DNA of 64,000 nucleotides from Candidatus Latescibacterota bacterium (GTDB lineage Bacteria; Latescibacterota; UBA2968): NCBI GenBank assembly GCA_965116885.1, contig OZ220741.1, positions 768,001 to 832,000 of the forward strand, read 5' to 3'. Shown piece by piece: positions 59,166 to 64,000 of this stretch (position 1 is its first letter; each line of letters starts with the position of its first letter). The notes under the pieces were generated by a model. It saw only the letters and a program-made list of their open reading frames with translations, ran no database searches and was not told where the DNA came from. The position numbers and the translations under genes were made by a program.

Positions 59166-60362
59166 ATGTTTGAATCCCTGACAATGGCCCCTGCGGATCC
59201 CATTATAGGATTGACCGAAGCATTCAAAAACGATCCAAACCCCAACAAAATAAACCTCGGCGTTGGCGTGTACAAAGACGGCGACGGCAACACACCAATA
59301 TTTGTCTCTGTAAAAACAGCAGAAGAACGCCTACTCGCACATGAAGACACCAAAAATTATCTCGGCATAGAAGGCGACGAAGCGTATAACAAAGCCGTCC
59401 AGGAACTCCTCTGGGGAACAGAACACGAAATCCTCACCAGTGGACGCGCGGGAACAGCCCAGGCACCGGGCGGCACGGGCGCGTTGCGCATTGCCGGTGA
59501 CTTTATTCATCAGCACTATCCCCATGCCCGCGTATGGCTGAGCGATCCCACCTGGGCAAACCACCCCAAAATTTTTGAATCTGCCAGCGTACCCACAGCG
59601 ACCTACCGCTATTACAACCCCGCGTCTTTCGGCCTGGACTTTGATGCACTCATCCAGGACCTCGAACAAATCCCCGCTGGCGATGTCGTATTACTACACG
59701 GATGTTGCCACAACCCCACCGGCGTCGATCCCTCCGCCGAGCAATGGGCACAAATAGCCGATATCATCGCAGATCGCGGCATCATCCCACTCGTTGACTT
59801 TGCCTATCAGGGCCTGGGCAATGGCCTTGCTGAAGACGCAGTCGGACTCCTATCTCTCAGCCGACCCGGCAGCGAACTCCTCGTCGCCAGTTCCTTCTCC
59901 AAAAACTTTGGCCTCTACCGCGAACGCACAGGCGCATTGACCCTCGTGGGAAAAAACGCCGCCACCGTTGAAAAAGCGATGAGCCACATCAAAATCTGCA
60001 TCCGCACAAATTATTCCAACCCGCCATCGCACGGCGCACAGGCAGTCGCAACAGTCCTCAACGACACCGACCTGCGAGCACAATGGGACGGCGAAGTAAA
60101 AGCCATGCGCGACCGCATCAACACCATGCGCACCCTATTTGTGGATACCCTCGAAACAAAAGGCGTGCGGCGCGACTTTTCGTTTATCGCACACCAGAGG
60201 GGAATGTTCTCATTCTCCGGGTTGACCCCCGAGCAAGTAGATGCATTGCGCGAGCGATATTCGATATACATCGTCAGTTCGGGACGCATCAACGTGGCGG
60301 GCATGACAAAGGACAATATTGGGCCATTGTGTGAGGCGATCGCGGAAGTGATAGACGAATAG
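59166..60362 (+). CDS. aspC: Aspartate/aromatic amino acid aminotransferase (subgroup Ia)
   Basis: APADPIIGL, KINLGVGVY, HGCCHNPTG, DFAYQG, SFSKNFGLYRER, SGRINVAG. AAGGA RBS precedes ATG 59166. Confidence 0.9.
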   Translation: MFESLTMAPADPIIGLTEAFKNDPNPNKINLGVGVYKDGDGNTPIFVSVKTAEERLLAHEDTKNYLGIEGDEAYNKAVQELLWGTEHEILTSGRAGTAQAPGGTGALRIAGDFIHQHYPHARVWLSDPTWANHPKIFESASVPTATYRYYNPASFGLDFDALIQDLEQIPAGDVVLLHGCCHNPTGVDPSAEQWAQIADIIADRGIIPLVDFAYQGLGNGLAEDAVGLLSLSRPGSELLVASSFSKNFGLYRERTGALTLVGKNAATVEKAMSHIKICIRTNYSNPPSHGAQAVATVLNDTDLRAQWDGEVKAMRDRINTMRTLFVDTLETKGVRRDFSFIAHQRGMFSFSGLTPEQVDALRERYSIYIVSSGRINVAGMTKDNIGPLCEAIAEVIDE

Positions 60363-60642
60363 ACGAATAGACGAATAGACGGAGCGGTGTACAACTGGCC
60401 GCCTCTCAGGCCAGTTCATAGACGAATAGACGAATAGACGAATAGACGAATAGACGAATAGACGAATAGACGAATAGACGAATAGACGAATAGACGAATA
60501 GACGAACCCCGCCCAACCACCCAACGGGCGGGCACAGGGGCACCGCCCCTACATTGATGAACTGTACCGAACCAGTTGTACCCCGTTCCGTAGATTCGCT
60601 GATGAACTGCTGGCGCAGTTGTACCCCGTTCCGCTGATTCGC
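60351..60642. repeat. Composite repeat cluster: (GACGAATA)3, hairpin element, (GACGAATA)10, REP, two inverted hairpin elements
   Basis: Read directly: array 60421-60506, REP 60525-60553, inverted copies 60555-60590 and 60600-60633. Confidence 0.9.
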
Positions 60643-60659
60643 CTTTCCAGGGAGACATC

Positions 60660-61433
60660 ATGACACTCAAAGACCGCATAGCAATCGTCACAGGCGCAAG
60701 CTCTGGCATTGGACGGGGCATAGCACTGGCACTTGCCCGAGAAGGCGCAGGTGTAGCAGTGGCCGATATTCAGGAAGCACCTAAAAAGGGCATCTATCAC
60801 GACACTGACCTGACCACTTCTACAGTTGAAGAAATAGAAAAACTGGGAGGAAAAGGGATCTTTGTGCAGACCGACGTATCCGATGACGAGGCGGTGAAAA
60901 TCCTGATCGAACGGACCGTCTCCGAATTTGGCAAACTGGACATCCTAATAAACAACGCCGGCATCACAATACCCGGCGGCATTGAAGAAACGACCATCGC
61001 CGACTACGACACCGTAATGGGCGTAAACCTTCGGGCACTATATGTCGCCAGCAAACTCGCCATGCCACACCTCAAAAAACCCTCGGGCAGAATCATCCAC
61101 ATCGCATCTGTACAGTCATTCGGCGGTGGTGGCGGACCCGCGTATGCCGCATCAAAAGCCGGCGTAGTCAACCTCACGCGAGACACCGCCCTGGAATTGG
61201 CCCCCTTTGGCGCAACCGTCAACGCCATCTGCCCGGGCTACATCGAAACGCCCATACAGGATTATCTCACACCGCAGGAAATTGAAGACTGCCGGGTAAA
61301 AACCCCACTGCCCCGCCTGGGTTTGCCATCGGACATCGGCAACGCCGCGGTATTCTTCGCATCGGACGCCGCCGCATGGATCACCGGCACCGCCCTGCCC
61401 GTGGATGGCGGATGGATGGCGTCTATTTTTTGA
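60660..61433 (+). CDS. Short-chain dehydrogenase/reductase (SDR)
   Basis: TGASSGIG, NNAG, YAASK, ITGTALPVDGG. Confidence 0.9.
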   Translation: MTLKDRIAIVTGASSGIGRGIALALAREGAGVAVADIQEAPKKGIYHDTDLTTSTVEEIEKLGGKGIFVQTDVSDDEAVKILIERTVSEFGKLDILINNAGITIPGGIEETTIADYDTVMGVNLRALYVASKLAMPHLKKPSGRIIHIASVQSFGGGGGPAYAASKAGVVNLTRDTALELAPFGATVNAICPGYIETPIQDYLTPQEIEDCRVKTPLPRLGLPSDIGNAAVFFASDAAAWITGTALPVDGGWMASIF

Positions 61434-61439
61434 TTCTCA

Positions 61440-63914
61440 TCAATGCGGTATTCCCAACTGATGCATCCGCCGATGAATCGCTGCACGGGCTTCGACAAAG
61501 GGACGTTCCAAATACGCGAGATGGTCCAACTCGCCATGATGGTGCGTCGCCGTGCCAGAGGCGTGTCGGGCAGCGGTTTGACGGATGTACGCCAGGTCGC
61601 CATCGATAAGCGTCAGCATATACTGGGCGGCTTCCAGATCGAACATCCACCACTCGCCACCGCAGGCGATATAAATCGGCGACGTATGGGCGAAAATCCC
61701 CCGTCCCCAGCCATCGTGATGGGGAACACTGGTATAATTGGGACCGGCACATCGGGCGGCAATCCACGTATGACCATCCACCTTCACCTTTCCCTTTAGT
61801 TCCAGTCGTCGCGCACCTTTATTATCCTCCGTCGAAGCAACAACGCGCCCTGCCTGAACGATCTCGAGCGTATGAATCGGGAAAATACTCTCTGCCCACG
61901 CCTCGACCTCCACCGTACCGGCTCCCGACAACTGCATCGTATCGCCAACCTGGTGTCCATCTGCGGTAAGATGAATGATGGGACCACCGCTGTGAAATGT
62001 TCGCCCCTGTGACACACTCTTGCACCAATTATCGTAGGTGAATTCCTCGTCGGGCAAATAGGCGTACGTGCGGTAAATACCAACGGGCACATCGCTACTC
62101 ATCTTATCCGTTCCACCAACCAGCGGCAAGCGGTAACCGCAGTTGAGATAGCGGTAGTATTCCAGATGATTGAACGGCGCATGACGCAGCATCTCCACGC
62201 CATCCACGCGCCCCGTGGCAATCAGCGCCGCAGGCTCCCCATTTGGATTCGGGAGATGCGGGATAATAACCGAGCCACCCTGCGCGTGACACTGATCCGC
62301 CCAATCGCTCATCGTAATCTCCAGCGTACCACCCAGTTCGGACTCACCCGGACCGTCACTGCACCACGGCATCACCGGCTCCTTGAGACCCCACAGGATG
62401 AGATGCCCCAAAAAGTGCTGCCTATTCTCCTGACCCACATAGACGATATTATTCCCATCTTGCGAAATACTCGGCCTGCCCGTAAAATCCTCCGTATTGG
62501 TAAAAAGATTGCCCCACTGCGACGGAAGCAAATTAACGATATTGAGATCCTCCCCCTGGGACTCCGTATGACTTCCCTGTGTCGAAAGAAAGTGAACGTG
62601 CGAATCCCCGCTATACCATCCCCCCTCGTTCATATGAATCCATCGCTTGAGACGCAAAGTCAGTTCGCGTTGACCCGGTTCGATCTTCACCCGCGTCCGC
62701 ACCGGCTCATACTCAAATCCCCGGGCGACATCCACAATAACTTCACCGCGCGGCAACCACCCCTGGCAACGACCGTCGATGTACGCATAAGTGATTTGTC
62801 CGAGCCGAAGATCGCCACCAATATCAACATGCCAGCTATCGAGGTTAGAATTGACCTGATTGTGATGCCCGTAAGGCTGATAGGGAATCCCCTCTGGCGA
62901 GCGGAAATGGACGCGGCAAGGGATAGGCTTGCCCGTATCGTCATCGAGCACAGTGACGTGAACCCAGTTCCGTCCCCGATCCAGGAGTTCCACACGCATG
63001 CGCGGGGTCTCGACCACCTTCTTCTCCTCCACATCACCCCACTTGACCTCGCCCACCTTTTCCTCGCCCTGCTTCACCGTCATCGTAGCCGAAGGCGTGG
63101 CAGCGACCTCGACATAAGCCGGACTCGATTTGGGATTCTGCGCCTCTCCCCAACCGGCGAAATCATCATTGACAAAATCATCGGCAGACGCTTCGGGCAA
63201 GGGATGCACATAAGTTGCCGTCCCCCGATCCACCTCTACGTTGAGATCAAACGGTTTTTCCGCATCTTCGGGATGGGTCAGAATCAGACGCGCTTCCCGC
63301 TTCCCGTGTCGCACAAAAGGATACTCATCCAGATGCGAAAGCGTAACACCCGCGATAATAAAACGCGGACCGCCCGGGATAATCTCCAGCGACTCGACTA
63401 CGCGATCCGGCAAAGGATTCTCCCACGCCCACAGAAAATAACCGCGGGCCGACCCGCGCGACACCTCGGTCTGACGTCGCCCCATACTCTCCCATTTCCC
63501 TTCATAACGCGGCATCAACTGGTCGTTCTGGTCCGAAAATGCGACAAAAGGCGCGCCGCCGCTGGATAAATGTGCAATCTCAAATCGCTCGCGGATGGGA
63601 ATGCGGAATTCTTCACCCTCCGCCATCCGAAACAAATAATCCGCCACAGTCTCCCCCAACGGACCGCCCTCCATCAGATCGGAATCCAACAGGCGATGAG
63701 CAATAATCACGCGGCGTGCCGACGCATTGATCGGAATCGTCACGCGACCAGAAGCCTCATCCAGCGCGATAAAACAATTCGAACCGTCGTCGTTTACCAA
63801 AAATGGCAGACCGCGGAAGGATTGTTTGCCTATAGGAGCCTTCGCATTTGCGCCCAGAACTTCCAGTCCCGCACTGCACAACGCCGACAAATCGAGAGGT
63901 TGATAGTCTGCCAT
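61440..63914 (-). CDS. CehA/McbA-family PHP-like metallohydrolase
   Basis: VARGFEY, WYSGDSHVH, GHLILWG, YYRYLNCG...GGTD, GRTF.SGGP, AHTSPIY. Confidence 0.75.
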   Translation of the reverse strand: MADYQPLDLSALCSAGLEVLGANAKAPIGKQSFRGLPFLVNDDGSNCFIALDEASGRVTIPINASARRVIIAHRLLDSDLMEGGPLGETVADYLFRMAEGEEFRIPIRERFEIAHLSSGGAPFVAFSDQNDQLMPRYEGKWESMGRRQTEVSRGSARGYFLWAWENPLPDRVVESLEIIPGGPRFIIAGVTLSHLDEYPFVRHGKREARLILTHPEDAEKPFDLNVEVDRGTATYVHPLPEASADDFVNDDFAGWGEAQNPKSSPAYVEVAATPSATMTVKQGEEKVGEVKWGDVEEKKVVETPRMRVELLDRGRNWVHVTVLDDDTGKPIPCRVHFRSPEGIPYQPYGHHNQVNSNLDSWHVDIGGDLRLGQITYAYIDGRCQGWLPRGEVIVDVARGFEYEPVRTRVKIEPGQRELTLRLKRWIHMNEGGWYSGDSHVHFLSTQGSHTESQGEDLNIVNLLPSQWGNLFTNTEDFTGRPSISQDGNNIVYVGQENRQHFLGHLILWGLKEPVMPWCSDGPGESELGGTLEITMSDWADQCHAQGGSVIIPHLPNPNGEPAALIATGRVDGVEMLRHAPFNHLEYYRYLNCGYRLPLVGGTDKMSSDVPVGIYRTYAYLPDEEFTYDNWCKSVSQGRTFHSGGPIIHLTADGHQVGDTMQLSGAGTVEVEAWAESIFPIHTLEIVQAGRVVASTEDNKGARRLELKGKVKVDGHTWIAARCAGPNYTSVPHHDGWGRGIFAHTSPIYIACGGEWWMFDLEAAQYMLTLIDGDLAYIRQTAARHASGTATHHHGELDHLAYLERPFVEARAAIHRRMHQLGIPH

Positions 63915-64000
63915 AACAGGTATCCTTTCTTTATAGGTGTCTATATCTCACAAAAAATCCAAATCTGCGCCGAGGTGAGCGGGCAAAACGCATTTGGCAT

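Noticed and set aside
58991..59353. Long N-terminal extensions of hpnC and aspC in the ORF track
   Set aside because: They overlap each other and a REP. Recognisable homology starts at 58990 and 59166.
60421..60642. Repeat cluster as a CRISPR array
   Set aside because: The units are 8-nt tandem repeats, or arms with 6-14 nt cores. There are no spacers of about 30 nt and no cas genes.
60210..60721. ORFs with FVYSSIRL repeats
   Set aside because: These are translations of the GACGAATA microsatellite, overlapping aspC or the SDR antisense.
62166..63569. 467-aa plus-strand ORF
   Set aside because: It is the antisense shadow of the CehA/McbA-like gene.

Overview
A gene-dense bacterial chromosome segment with no rRNA, tRNA, CRISPR array or transposase that I can recognise. 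Left half (1-37 kb, mostly minus strand): a sulfated-glycan catabolic neighbourhood with a GH95 fucosidase (5' truncated), a PL8 chondroitinase ABC-like lyase, a GH82 iota-carrageenase-like protein, 8 sulfatase-family genes, 6 PhyH-type Fe(II)/2OG dioxygenases, a two-subunit CoA-transferase, an SDR, an MFS transporter, clpP and a helicase IV-nuclease fusion. It is interrupted at 13-15 kb by an AT-rich three-gene TIGR04255-like cassette. Right half: ExeA-type ATPase, GT2, TonB/ExbB/ExbD, then an ECF sigma/anti-sigma/Spy-like/RND/RDD/FN3-lipoprotein run with Arg-Gly low-complexity tracts, an atypical sigma54 activator, thrC, hpnCDE, aspC, an SDR and a CehA/McbA-like hydrolase. The sulfatase, PhyH and FN3 expansions suggest a marine (possibly sponge-associated) Latescibacterota/Poribacteria-like organism; that is inference only. 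Best leads: (1) three PhyH paralogues with HxG in place of HxD, the ligand pattern of Fe/2OG halogenases; (2) the TIGR04255 cassette, a candidate toxin-antitoxin or defence module with a diverged 141-bp junction duplication; (3) an interspersed repeat family with covarying hairpins embedded in GACGAATA microsatellites; (4) an RND adaptor with a long Gly/Gln/Arg/Met repeat tail. All family assignments come from motif recognition by eye, not database searches.
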